The notes under the pieces were generated by a model. It made no database searches. It had not been told where the DNA came from and worked only from the letters and a program-made list of their open reading frames with translations. From a virus: a stretch of DNA of 64,000 bases. Below, in pieces: positions 7,526 through 15,978 of the stretch (its first letter is position 1; every line of letters starts with the position of its first letter). The DNA lies in IMG/VR virus record IMGVR_UViG_3300030098_006630, positions 1 through 64,000 of that record, one strand, 5' to 3'. Position numbers and translations under genes: made by a program.

Positions 7526-9529
7526 ATGACCAATACAACTTTAAAATTAACGAAAAGTACAGAAAATGAGATAGTAACTGCAACAATGGTCCACCTTCTT
7601 AAAGAATCAGGAAAACTAAATGAAGCTTCTTTAGATTGGCTGACTAAAATTCCTGTTATTGGCAAAATATTTGACAAAGAACAACAAGCTGACGACAGTC
7701 AAGGTCAAGGAGAGGTAAGACCTTCGGATATTGACTCCGTTAACCTCCCCGTACCATACCCTGAAGATAAAAAGAAAGATATTTTGAAAAACCCTGAAGT
7801 CAAAAAACTTCTTGCTAAGTTCAATTATAGCATGGGAATAGACAAATATGCTCATGATTTTGCTAAAGTTCTGATAAAATATCCCGAACAAGTAGATGAA
7901 ATACTTAATCAGTATATGGTGATAGCTGCCGTAGAAAATACATATTCTCCCGAAGAAGACGGAAATATCTCCTCTTCTGTTGAAATAGAAACTCCAATAA
8001 ATTTATTTACGGGAAAAGACAATCTAGGTCAACGGCTTTTTCAGTCTATACAAGCAAGAAAAAACAATTTTAGAAATGATGATGAAATTAAACAAGCAGT
8101 CAAAGACATATTGAAAGACTTGTCATCTCAATTAAGATTTAATGGCTTTAAAATTGAAGAGTCTTTAAAATATGAACCTGGAGGGTTTTCCACTGCTATA
8201 AAAAATCGTAAAGGCGGAAGAGTAAAACCTGTTAAGGGAGAAATTAATGCTGGAAGCGCAGTCGGGGGCAAGATCAGTGCAGATACTCACCCATCAGGAC
8301 GAGGAATAACAAATCAGCAGGACATCACTAGGATTATTTTAAATTTAGTAAAACCTTGGATAGAAAAAGAAATTAACAAAAGAGGCAAATCTCAAGAGAT
8401 TAAATTAAAAGAAAACTTGTCTATACGCAACTTATCAGAAACAGATATGAGCGATTTAATTAATGAAATCAACAAGTTTTATCCTTATGCTAAAAATTAC
8501 ATGGGCTTTGATCAACCCGTCGAGCTGAATTTAATTTCAGACCCAGATAACGCTAAGGATACATTTGGAAAAACAGCTTATTATAGTCCTTCTGAAAAAC
8601 AAATAACTATTTTTGTTGATGCTCGTCATCCCAAAGATATTATTAGATCTTTTTCTCATGAGCTTGTACATCACGCTCAAAACTGTCGTGGAGAATTTGA
8701 TAGAGAATTTAACGTCGGAGAGAACTATATAGAGACAGATGATCATTTAAACTTGATGGAACGTGAAGCCTTTAGAGAAGGTAACATGTGCCTTCGATAT
8801 TACGAAAGTTACTTAAAAAAGGAGAACAAAACAATGAATGAGGAAACTTTAAGGAAATCAATTCGCGAAGCCATTAAGCGGGTTGTTGAAAACAAATCAG
8901 TGGAAGAGAGTCGCTGTGCTTCTCATAAGCGCGACTACATGGAAGAAGATAGTGTTACTATGAAAGAAGATAGCGGTGAAGAAGAAGCATGGCACCAGTG
9001 GAAGAACGAACACGCTGACGATGACCATATTAAAGAGATTGAGCATCATCTACGCGCCCTAAGAGACGACCGTGACCACGAACGTGATAAAGCAGAATAC
9101 GACGACGACAAGTATGAAGACGAAGGCATGGAAGAAGATCAAAACCGAGCCGGTCACACTGAAGATCCAAAGGGTAAATTCCAAACTTCTTATGGACATG
9201 AAGTTAAAGAGGAACTCGAAGAAACAGGTGCTAAAAGAACTGGTGCATCCAAGGGTGACAAAGGAAAGGACAAAGAAGATCCCAAAGACCGTGATTACAG
9301 CGGACACGGCGAGCGCAAAGGCGACAAGTCTGATACACACCCCGGTGAGAAGGACGATACTACCAAGAAAGATGACGAACTTAAACATAGCGGAAAAGGT
9401 CGTGGAGAAAAGAAAGGCGATAAAGCTTACGTCAACGAAGAAGAAACAACAACTCCTCTTAACGAATCAATGGCTGCTAGAAAAGGACAAATCGTCTTTG
9501 ACAAATTGGTGAAAAAATGGTGTAAGTAA
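7526..9529 (+). CDS. Multi-module acidic protein with an internal HExxH zincin domain
   Basis: DARHPKDIIRSFSHELVHHAQ...EREAF; many L/I/M/V-x-E sites; low-complexity KGDK-rich C-terminal region. Confidence 0.75.
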   Translation: MTNTTLKLTKSTENEIVTATMVHLLKESGKLNEASLDWLTKIPVIGKIFDKEQQADDSQGQGEVRPSDIDSVNLPVPYPEDKKKDILKNPEVKKLLAKFNYSMGIDKYAHDFAKVLIKYPEQVDEILNQYMVIAAVENTYSPEEDGNISSSVEIETPINLFTGKDNLGQRLFQSIQARKNNFRNDDEIKQAVKDILKDLSSQLRFNGFKIEESLKYEPGGFSTAIKNRKGGRVKPVKGEINAGSAVGGKISADTHPSGRGITNQQDITRIILNLVKPWIEKEINKRGKSQEIKLKENLSIRNLSETDMSDLINEINKFYPYAKNYMGFDQPVELNLISDPDNAKDTFGKTAYYSPSEKQITIFVDARHPKDIIRSFSHELVHHAQNCRGEFDREFNVGENYIETDDHLNLMEREAFREGNMCLRYYESYLKKENKTMNEETLRKSIREAIKRVVENKSVEESRCASHKRDYMEEDSVTMKEDSGEEEAWHQWKNEHADDDHIKEIEHHLRALRDDRDHERDKAEYDDDKYEDEGMEEDQNRAGHTEDPKGKFQTSYGHEVKEELEETGAKRTGASKGDKGKDKEDPKDRDYSGHGERKGDKSDTHPGEKDDTTKKDDELKHSGKGRGEKKGDKAYVNEEETTTPLNESMAARKGQIVFDKLVKKWCK

Positions 9530-10392
9530 TGCCTGTTGCTGTACTAAATGGCTATCCTGGTGAAGAGCCAGTTACCTTAGTTGGCAACAATAACTGTGGT
9601 TACGTCTGGTCTTCTAATTCGACCAACTGGACAACAGTTAGAAATGGCAGTGCTACTCTTACAGAAATTTCTACTACTTTAGAAGTGGGCGCAGATTATA
9701 ATGCCCTTGGTGGAAATAAATATAGAGCAAAAAGAGCTTTCTTGCAGTTTGAATTACCTAGTAATTTTACACATTGTGATGAAGCCCCACAGCTTAAAAT
9801 AAGAGCTAGAAGCATCACAGGTAACGGTAGAGTAGCGATTACTAGTGTTAATTATACTAACTTTGAAACGCCTTGGACAGATTGGAGTCCTGTATATTCT
9901 TGGGATTCTCCTTACTTCGATCAAATTCCAAACTATTCTAAGCTTTATTATGCCACTTCAACATTGCGTTATTATACCTTTAGTGATACTACCGACTACA
10001 GCACTATAACTTTAATCAATGAGCGATATTTATCGACAGCAGCACCGTACAATTTAGCTAAAAATGATTGTAATACTAAGAAGTATATTATTATTGGTTT
10101 AATGCAATATACAAATGATTTTCTTGACTCTGCTCCCTCTTCTACATCAAGATTTATTTTTGATGACACCACAGATAGTTTTCCTCCTCAACTTATTCTC
10201 CGTAAACCTTGGTTTATTAATGATAGAGGTAATGAGCCAAAATATCTTGAGTTTCCTACTAATGTTATAAAACCGTATGACGTAGGCATCAATCAGCATA
10301 ATAGAAGTGTCCCGCAGCTACCATTCAGTACAGCTATAAAAGGACCAATATCTTTAAGAGGAAAAAATGTTCCTTATAAGGTAACAACTTAA
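9529..10392 (+). CDS. Probable virion structural protein (beta-rich)
   Basis: S/T/N/Y-rich; KRAFLQFELP and PQLIL strands; TAATG coupling to the upstream gene. Confidence 0.6.
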   Translation: MPVAVLNGYPGEEPVTLVGNNNCGYVWSSNSTNWTTVRNGSATLTEISTTLEVGADYNALGGNKYRAKRAFLQFELPSNFTHCDEAPQLKIRARSITGNGRVAITSVNYTNFETPWTDWSPVYSWDSPYFDQIPNYSKLYYATSTLRYYTFSDTTDYSTITLINERYLSTAAPYNLAKNDCNTKKYIIIGLMQYTNDFLDSAPSSTSRFIFDDTTDSFPPQLILRKPWFINDRGNEPKYLEFPTNVIKPYDVGINQHNRSVPQLPFSTAIKGPISLRGKNVPYKVTT

Positions 10393-10429
10393 TACTTATA
10401 ATATATAATATTATCAAGAGGATAATTCA

Positions 10430-11098
10430 ATGCAAATAAATAGAGAAGAATTTTTACAAGAAATGAAGTTAAGAAAACTTATCAGAGAGCATATCTCTGT
10501 TGTAATGAAAGAAGAAGAAGAAATTCTTAAAGAAGAAAAACAGCTTCGTTCTATTGTTCGCAAACTTATTATAGAACAGGAAGAGTACAAGCCCACAACC
10601 ACTGCTGAAGCGGCAGCAGATAGAGCATTAGAAGCAACCACTACTCAAGTTTATGATGAGGTGGAACTTTTAATGGAACCGGACGAAAAAGAATCTTTTG
10701 AAGAACATTTTTTAAAATATTTAAGTGATTTTTTCAAAGAGAAGGACACACAAGAACCAAACAAGCTTCAAGAACAAGAAGAAATTAACGTTTCACTGCA
10801 AGACAAAGAGGAGACTCCAGACGACCCTATTATTATCCCTCCTAAAGATGAAAGACCATCTCAAGAAGAACTGGAAGATGAAAAGAAAAAAATTCCTGGT
10901 AAAGAATATGAAGGTGCTGATTACACAGGAAAAGAATATGCCGAACGCGCCTGGAAGAGTGTGGAGAAACAAATAGGTAATTATTATTCTCCACTTACAG
11001 GTAAGACAAGACAAAAGTTTAAAGATTTAATGATTGCAAACTACCAACAGTATTTACAAAACTGGATGTCTGATGAAAGTGAAGTTGCCCCAGTTTAA
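10430..11098 (+). CDS. Acidic putative prohead core/scaffold-like protein
   Basis: LRKLIRE and LRSIVRKLIIE amphipathic repeats; very Glu-rich; ATACTTA motif at 10392. Confidence 0.65.
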   Translation: MQINREEFLQEMKLRKLIREHISVVMKEEEEILKEEKQLRSIVRKLIIEQEEYKPTTTAEAAADRALEATTTQVYDEVELLMEPDEKESFEEHFLKYLSDFFKEKDTQEPNKLQEQEEINVSLQDKEETPDDPIIIPPKDERPSQEELEDEKKKIPGKEYEGADYTGKEYAERAWKSVEKQIGNYYSPLTGKTRQKFKDLMIANYQQYLQNWMSDESEVAPV

Positions 11099-11105
11099 TT
11101 AAATC

Positions 11106-11134
11106 TTTAATTTTTAGAACAATGGTTTTATAAT
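11106..11134 (+). promoter_or_regulatory. Candidate sigma70-type promoter (TTTAAT-17-TATAAT), probably leaderless
   Basis: Perfect -10 at 11129-11134, 6 nt before ATG 11141; no SD. Confidence 0.45.
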
Positions 11135-11140
11135 CCTTAT

Positions 11141-11482
11141 ATGGAAGAGAAACAATTTAGTTCTATTGCGGTTCAATTGAGGAATGAACATCGTTCTAGT
11201 GATGAGTTTGAAATTATGCTTCAAAACTTATCTCTTGAAGAAGTGATTTCATTAAAGCTAGAACTATCTGCGAAGACTACCAATAAGAAATTATTTGGCT
11301 TTAACTTGTGGAAATCAATACCAGACATTACTCGCTGTGCTGTTCTTACTTACGCCCATAAGGCTGCTAAGACTAAAAGCGAAGCTGCTTCTTTTCTTGG
11401 AATCTCTATGTATGAATATTATCTCTATATCGAACGATATCTAGATATTAAACAAACCAACATCTTTAAGCCAAAAAAATGA
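11141..11482 (+). CDS. Protein with a C-terminal Fis-like helix-turn-helix
   Basis: AKTKSEAASFLGISMYEYY matches the Fis/NtrC HTH pattern. Confidence 0.6.
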   Translation: MEEKQFSSIAVQLRNEHRSSDEFEIMLQNLSLEEVISLKLELSAKTTNKKLFGFNLWKSIPDITRCAVLTYAHKAAKTKSEAASFLGISMYEYYLYIERYLDIKQTNIFKPKK

Positions 11483-11697
11483 AAACTTTAGATTTACACA
11501 ACGTGAGACATAAAGACGTAGAGAGGAAAGTTGAAGATTTTCTTTCCTGGGAAGATTTACCAGTAAAAATTATAACTGGTAATTCTGAAAGAATGAGAGA
11601 ACTAGTTATTAGTGTAGTCAAAAGATGTAATCTTTTTTGTCATTATGAAAATTTAAGAAATTCGGGTTGCCTAATTGTAACTCGTAAAGATTTATAA
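11479..11697 (+). CDS. Stand-alone Smr/MutS2-domain protein (putative endoribonuclease)
   Basis: TLDLH...VKIITGNS...NSGCLIV Smr signature. Confidence 0.75.
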   Translation: MKTLDLHNVRHKDVERKVEDFLSWEDLPVKIITGNSERMRELVISVVKRCNLFCHYENLRNSGCLIVTRKDL

Positions 11698-11705
11698 GGA
11701 AAACA

Positions 11706-12176
11706 ATGGAGCGTTGGTTTAGCGGAGCAGGGCAGCTTGTTGATTATGATGCTATTATGGCTGACATAAAATTACATTCTGAGCTTCAAGGTTCCGTTTA
11801 TATTGGCACGGATAGCCACCTGATAAAATCCGAGTGCGTTTTTTCAACTGCCATATGTTTACACGGAGCGCATGATCAAACCGGTGGAAGATATTATTTT
11901 AAAAAAACGCGCTTTCAAAAATCAAAGTTCCCAACACTTCTAGAGAGAATAACATCAGAAGTTCAAAGTTCTATTCATATTGCTATGAATGTATTGGAAG
12001 TGTGCCCTACTGTAGATATTGAACTTCATTTAGATGTTTCTCCGGCTTCAGGAAAAGAAGCTACAAGCAGATTTTCAGACATGCTTGTGGGATATGCCCG
12101 AGGTGTAGGGTTTCCTTGTAAGGTTAAACCAGACGCCTTCGCAGCAACAACCGTAGCAGACAAACATACAAAATAA
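11706..12176 (+). CDS. YkuK-family RNase H-like protein
   Basis: VYIGTDS...ERITSEV...ELHLDV...KPDAFAATTVADKH. Confidence 0.85.
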   Translation: MERWFSGAGQLVDYDAIMADIKLHSELQGSVYIGTDSHLIKSECVFSTAICLHGAHDQTGGRYYFKKTRFQKSKFPTLLERITSEVQSSIHIAMNVLEVCPTVDIELHLDVSPASGKEATSRFSDMLVGYARGVGFPCKVKPDAFAATTVADKHTK

Positions 12177-12184
12177 AAAAAGAC

Positions 12185-12213
12185 TTGAAAACTTGACTGT
12201 TTGATACTATACT
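12185..12213 (+). promoter_or_regulatory. Sigma70-type promoter for tmRNA/tRNA (TTGAAA-17-TATACT)
   Basis: Near-consensus -35 and -10 with exact 17-nt spacing, just upstream of the tmRNA. Confidence 0.7.
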
Positions 12214-12236
12214 TACGGTAAGATCTTTAACAATTT

Positions 12237-12577
12237 GGGGGTGAACAGGTTTTGACTGGTTAAGGAAGATTCTCTGTGCAAGACAGAGGGCTGCGTGGCT
12301 CTGTATAAACGCAGAACTTTTTAAACGCCAACGATAACGTTGTCAACGATTACGCCTTAGCGGCTTAATCAGGTGGTTGTTTCACACCATCTAAACCAAG
12401 TGAAACAAAATAAGAGAAAACTTATAAAAATCAAAACCATCTACTGCAACAGGACGGTAAGCGGTAGATTATAACCGTCTAACTTTGTTGGTTTGTGATA
12501 GAAAATCAACTAATCTTGTGAATGACAGATTATTGGATTTAGACAGGACCTCGGTTCGACTCCGAGCACCTCCACCA
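12237..12577 (+). ncRNA. ssrA: tmRNA (one-piece)
   Basis: 5' GGGGGTG pairs with 3' CACCTCC-A-CCA including the G3:U70 alanine determinant; T-arm GGTTCGACTCC; internal tag ORF. Confidence 0.97.
12327..12368 (+). other. tmRNA proteolysis tag reading frame (A)ANDNVVNDYALAA*
   Basis: gcc aac gat aac gtt gtc aac gat tac gcc tta gcg gct taa. Confidence 0.92.
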
Positions 12578-12583
12578 AACATT

Positions 12584-12659
12584 GCCATCTTAGCTCAGTT
12601 GGTAGAGCAGCTGATTTGTAATCAGCAGGTCGTCAGTTCGAGTCTGACAGATGGCTCCA
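12584..12659 (+). tRNA. tRNA-Thr(UGU)
   Basis: Acceptor GCCATCT/AGATGGC, anticodon stem GCTGA/TCAGC with loop TT-TGT-AA, TTCGA T-loop, encoded CCA. Confidence 0.97.
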
Positions 12660-12670
12660 ACGGAGAAATT

Positions 12671-12820
12671 ATGACAACAGAAGAATTATTATGGATGTTA
12701 ATTGGATTTAACGTTGCATCTTTTATATATTTTAATTGGCGACTTATTTTACACAGCCGAGTAGTAAGAAATATGGTGAAAGAACAACCTAACTTGAAAA
12801 ATAAACCAAAAAGGAAATAA
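12671..12820 (+). CDS. Small membrane protein
   Basis: GGAGA SD; MTTEELLWMLIGFNVASFIYF transmembrane helix. Confidence 0.6.
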   Translation: MTTEELLWMLIGFNVASFIYFNWRLILHSRVVRNMVKEQPNLKNKPKRK

Positions 12821-12821
12821 A

Positions 12822-13025
12822 ATGTTTAGTTCAGGAGATTTTTTAATTATCTGGTGCTCGGTTGCCATTCCCTGGTGGGCTGGCGCTTTGTATCTTGGCA
12901 AGAAACTGGACGACATGTCCAAGGTTTTAGATAGAATGTGCGACTCTCTCGGAAACATGAAACAACTTACAGCATGTGGAAAGCCAGTTAAAGTAAAGAA
13001 GGTGATTCGTGGCAACGACAAGTGA
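12822..13025 (+). CDS. Small membrane protein
   Basis: AAGGA SD; one N-terminal hydrophobic helix. Confidence 0.55.
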   Translation: MFSSGDFLIIWCSVAIPWWAGALYLGKKLDDMSKVLDRMCDSLGNMKQLTACGKPVKVKKVIRGNDK

Positions 13026-13266
13026 AATTTTAAGAGAGCTTAATCAAAGTTTTCCAAACGTTCTTAGTAAACTCCCTAAAAACCCCAAGAAATCGCTCAT
13101 TAAAGCCGTTTGCTTGGAAACGGGGGTCCTTCATAGTATTGATGAAAGAGTTGCCTTAAAGAGGGCATTAACTAGGCGCAAAATCGATTTTAAACATGAT
13201 ACTCACACATCCGAACTAGTTAATCTTGCGTTGAGCAATAAACTCAACTTTGACAACATAGGATGA
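13009..13266 (+). CDS. Hypothetical protein
   Basis: GTG start after AAGGTG; operon-like overlap. Confidence 0.55.
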   Translation: MATTSEILRELNQSFPNVLSKLPKNPKKSLIKAVCLETGVLHSIDERVALKRALTRRKIDFKHDTHTSELVNLALSNKLNFDNIG

Positions 13267-13272
13267 AACACA

Positions 13273-13551
13273 ATGAAAAATCTTTCCAAAAAGACAATTC
13301 TCTTGGCAATTGTTATTATGACAGCAGGAATCATGATGGTTATGGGAGCTATCATTTCTAAAGCCGAAGCCAAAACCCCAAAAGCAAAATTTTACGATTT
13401 CTCTGAGCAACTTATCGACGGAGATATTAAAAAACCAACTGCTCTTTACACAGACGCAAGACAACAAGTTAAGTTTGAAAGACTGCTGAAGTTAAAGAAA
13501 AGTTTTATACCTTCCTTGCTAAACACAAGCAAGGACCCAGTTTTCAAATAA
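13273..13551 (+). CDS. Secreted protein resembling myxobacterial gliding protein CglF/GltF
   Basis: Signal peptide ending AEA; YDFSEQLIDGDIKKP-x3-Y-x3-R-x4-F-xx-LLKLKKSFIPSL matches the CglF-family pattern as I recall it. Confidence 0.65.
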   Translation: MKNLSKKTILLAIVIMTAGIMMVMGAIISKAEAKTPKAKFYDFSEQLIDGDIKKPTALYTDARQQVKFERLLKLKKSFIPSLLNTSKDPVFK

Positions 13552-13560
13552 GGAAATAAA

Positions 13561-13851
13561 ATGACTGAAGAAGTTAAAGAAGTACAAAAGTCCGGTCCTA
13601 AATGGTCTCTTGGCAAAACATTCCCTACTTATGAGGAAGCTACTAATCAAGTAGAAGTTCTTAAAAAAAGCTTTACAGAGAACAACCAAGAAAATATGCA
13701 AACTAAAATTCGTCGCAAAGCGAATGGCATGTTTCTTGTAAAATACCGTAAAGACCCAGCGTTTGCAAAGGAGGCTAAAAATGGGAGTGGTAACAAAAAA
13801 AATAAAGGAAATACAAAAAAAGGAAAAACTGACACTGGAACAAGTGTTTAA
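13561..13851 (+). CDS. Hypothetical basic protein
   Basis: AAGGA SD; FPTYEEA...TKIRR...FLVKYR. Confidence 0.65.
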   Translation: MTEEVKEVQKSGPKWSLGKTFPTYEEATNQVEVLKKSFTENNQENMQTKIRRKANGMFLVKYRKDPAFAKEAKNGSGNKKNKGNTKKGKTDTGTSV

Positions 13852-13960
13852 GAAGTATCCACACTTAGCTGCTCTTCAACATGAAGAGATCTTGGCTGAA
13901 CAAGAAGCTAAGAAAAAACTCGAAGAAAACAAAGAAAAGAAAAAGCTACTCTTGAGTTGA
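13781..13960 (+). CDS. Small charged hypothetical protein
   Basis: GGAGG SD before ATG 13781; overlaps the tail of the previous gene. Confidence 0.5.
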   Translation: MGVVTKKIKEIQKKEKLTLEQVFKKYPHLAALQHEEILAEQEAKKKLEENKEKKKLLLS

Positions 13961-14548
13961 TTTAAGATATTCTTGAAAAGCTTCTTCGTTAATTCCCATT
14001 ATTTTTCTTATGTGGATTCTTATTAAATCTTTATCTTCTTGAGGGGCATTAGCCCAAACCCATGCGGTTGTGTTTTGTAAGTTTTTTATTTTTTTATTTG
14101 TTTCAATAATATTGTTTTTAATCTTATGCCTGAGTTCTTTTGTGAGCTTGGGCGTTTTTATTTTTAAGCTTGTTGCGATATTTACTAACGATATCCAATC
14201 GTTCCGGTTCATTGCATCAGTTGCTTGATTGAAAACATCAACAAAATTTTCATTTCCTGTTCTGTCTGGATGAGTCTTCATTACTATTTTTTTGTATATT
14301 TTATAAAGCTCTGGATCTCTATCAGGCTTTTCTTGTAATTCTTTTATTTCTGTTTCTTTGTCTTCTGGTTTGGGAGTTTGTTTCGCCTCTTCTTCTACAA
14401 GACCTTTAGATTTAAAGCTAATTTCCTTTTTAAAATCTTGCTTGAATAAATCCTCATAAATATAAAATAGCTCTTGTGACTCTGATAAAAACATTTGTGC
14501 TGCTTTCATTTCCATTTTTATTTTTTTATTTAAGATTTCTTCGCTCAT
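13946..14548 (-). CDS. J-domain (DnaJ-type) co-chaperone protein
   Basis: LYKIYKKIVMKTHPDRTG...VFNQATDAM with HPD motif; start taken at MSEEIL, preceded by ATACTTA. Confidence 0.75.
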   Translation of the reverse strand: MSEEILNKKIKMEMKAAQMFLSESQELFYIYEDLFKQDFKKEISFKSKGLVEEEAKQTPKPEDKETEIKELQEKPDRDPELYKIYKKIVMKTHPDRTGNENFVDVFNQATDAMNRNDWISLVNIATSLKIKTPKLTKELRHKIKNNIIETNKKIKNLQNTTAWVWANAPQEDKDLIRIHIRKIMGINEEAFQEYLKSTQE

Positions 14549-14621
14549 ATTTATTAAGTATTCTGCGGAAAGTATATATTTACAGTTAGACACGTAGCAT
14601 TTTGTGCAAAGGTAAAAAAAA

Positions 14622-15242
14622 ATGAAAGATTTAATGTGGCTCTCTAAAGAACAAGAAAACAATATTTTTGATGATGGATTTGAGAACAGCTCTTCCTCCT
14701 CAAAAAACAAACTTGAAGTATTGAATAACAAAATTTATTTCTACTGCAATGTAAATCATGTTAACAACCTTCATCTTAATAAAGAGCTTAAAACTCTTGA
14801 ATCAAAACTTATTACTTCTCAAGAACTCCTAGAAACTGAAGAACCAGCACCGATTCATCTTCACATTAGTTCTTATGGTGGTTCCGTTTTCGCTGGATTT
14901 TCTACTATAGATTACATTCTTAAATCTAAAGTACCAGTCACCACTATTATCGACGGCTGTGCTGCTTCTGCTGCTACTATGATGAGTATTTGCGGAGCCA
15001 AGCGATTAATGCACGAGCACGCATTTATGCTCATACATCAGCTTTCCTCTATGTCTTGGGGAAAATACGAAGAATTAAAAGATTCTATGCAAAACAATGA
15101 CTTGCTCATGGAAACAATCAAAAACCTTTACATTGAAAGAACAAAAATTCCTAAAAAAGAGCTTGAAGAAATGTTAAAACGGGATCTTTGGTGGGACGCC
15201 AAGACGTGTCTTAAATACGGATTAATTGACGAGATTATATGA
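14622..15242 (+). CDS. clpP: ClpP-family serine protease
   Basis: ISSYGGSV, CAASAAT (Ser), MLIHQ (His), RDLWW (Asp), GLIDEI. Confidence 0.9.
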   Translation: MKDLMWLSKEQENNIFDDGFENSSSSSKNKLEVLNNKIYFYCNVNHVNNLHLNKELKTLESKLITSQELLETEEPAPIHLHISSYGGSVFAGFSTIDYILKSKVPVTTIIDGCAASAATMMSICGAKRLMHEHAFMLIHQLSSMSWGKYEELKDSMQNNDLLMETIKNLYIERTKIPKKELEEMLKRDLWWDAKTCLKYGLIDEII

Positions 15243-15973
15243 AAACTGTCTACATGTTTGACGTCGATGGGACTTTAACTCCTGCTCGACAACGAATGAA
15301 ATCCAGTTTCAGAAAGTTTTTTCTGGAATGGAGTAAGGATAAGATTTATTATCTTATCACAGGCAGTGATATAAAAAAAACCCGAGGACAAGTGCCTGAA
15401 AGGATTCTTGATAATGCTCGCGGTATTTTTACTTGCATGGGTAATGTTCTACATGTAAAGGAAGAAAAAATATATGAGAACAAATTTGAACCGCCACCCC
15501 GATTGTTAAATCATCTTAATCGTTTTCTTCAAAAAACAGGCTATGTTTTACGCACAGGAAATCACATTGAATCCCGACCAGGAATGATAAACTTCTCTAT
15601 TGTAGGCAGAAACGCCTCACACATGCAAAGGGAAGGATATTATACTTACGATTGTCGCGTCAAAGAACGAGAAAAGATTGCCCACTTTATTAATGAAAAC
15701 TTTAAAGATCAAATAGAAGCTTCAATTGGTGGCAAAATAAGCGTTGATATTTACCCCGTAGGAAGTCATAAGGGACAGGCTTTCCAATGGATTCATCACA
15801 AGGTAGGTACACCACGCACTCACTATGTGTTTTTTGGAGACCAAGCAAAGCCTGGTGGTAATGACTGGGATTTAATTAAAGAAATGGAGCGCTCCAAAGT
15901 AAGTTATTCTTATCACTGCGTAAACAGTGATAATGAAGCTTTATCAATATTAAAAGAAATTAAAAAAAAATAA
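15239..15973 (+). CDS. HAD-IIB (eukaryote-type) phosphomannomutase
   Basis: FDVDGTLT, INFSIVGRNA, GGKISVDIYP, FFGD...GGND. Confidence 0.85.
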   Translation: MKTVYMFDVDGTLTPARQRMKSSFRKFFLEWSKDKIYYLITGSDIKKTRGQVPERILDNARGIFTCMGNVLHVKEEKIYENKFEPPPRLLNHLNRFLQKTGYVLRTGNHIESRPGMINFSIVGRNASHMQREGYYTYDCRVKEREKIAHFINENFKDQIEASIGGKISVDIYPVGSHKGQAFQWIHHKVGTPRTHYVFFGDQAKPGGNDWDLIKEMERSKVSYSYHCVNSDNEALSILKEIKKK

Positions 15974-15978
15974 CCTCT

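Noticed and set aside
12237-12659. tmRNA/tRNA as a prophage attachment site in a bacterial chromosome
   Set aside because: Both flanks are phage-like; no integrase or duplicated 3' end was seen.
12485-12670. N-terminal part of the 111-aa track ORF
   Set aside because: It reads through the tmRNA 3' end and tRNA-Thr; the real gene starts at 12671 after a GGAGA SD.
14549-14731. N-terminal extension of the J-domain ORF
   Set aside because: It overlaps clpP head-to-head; MSEEIL at 14548 is the plausible start.
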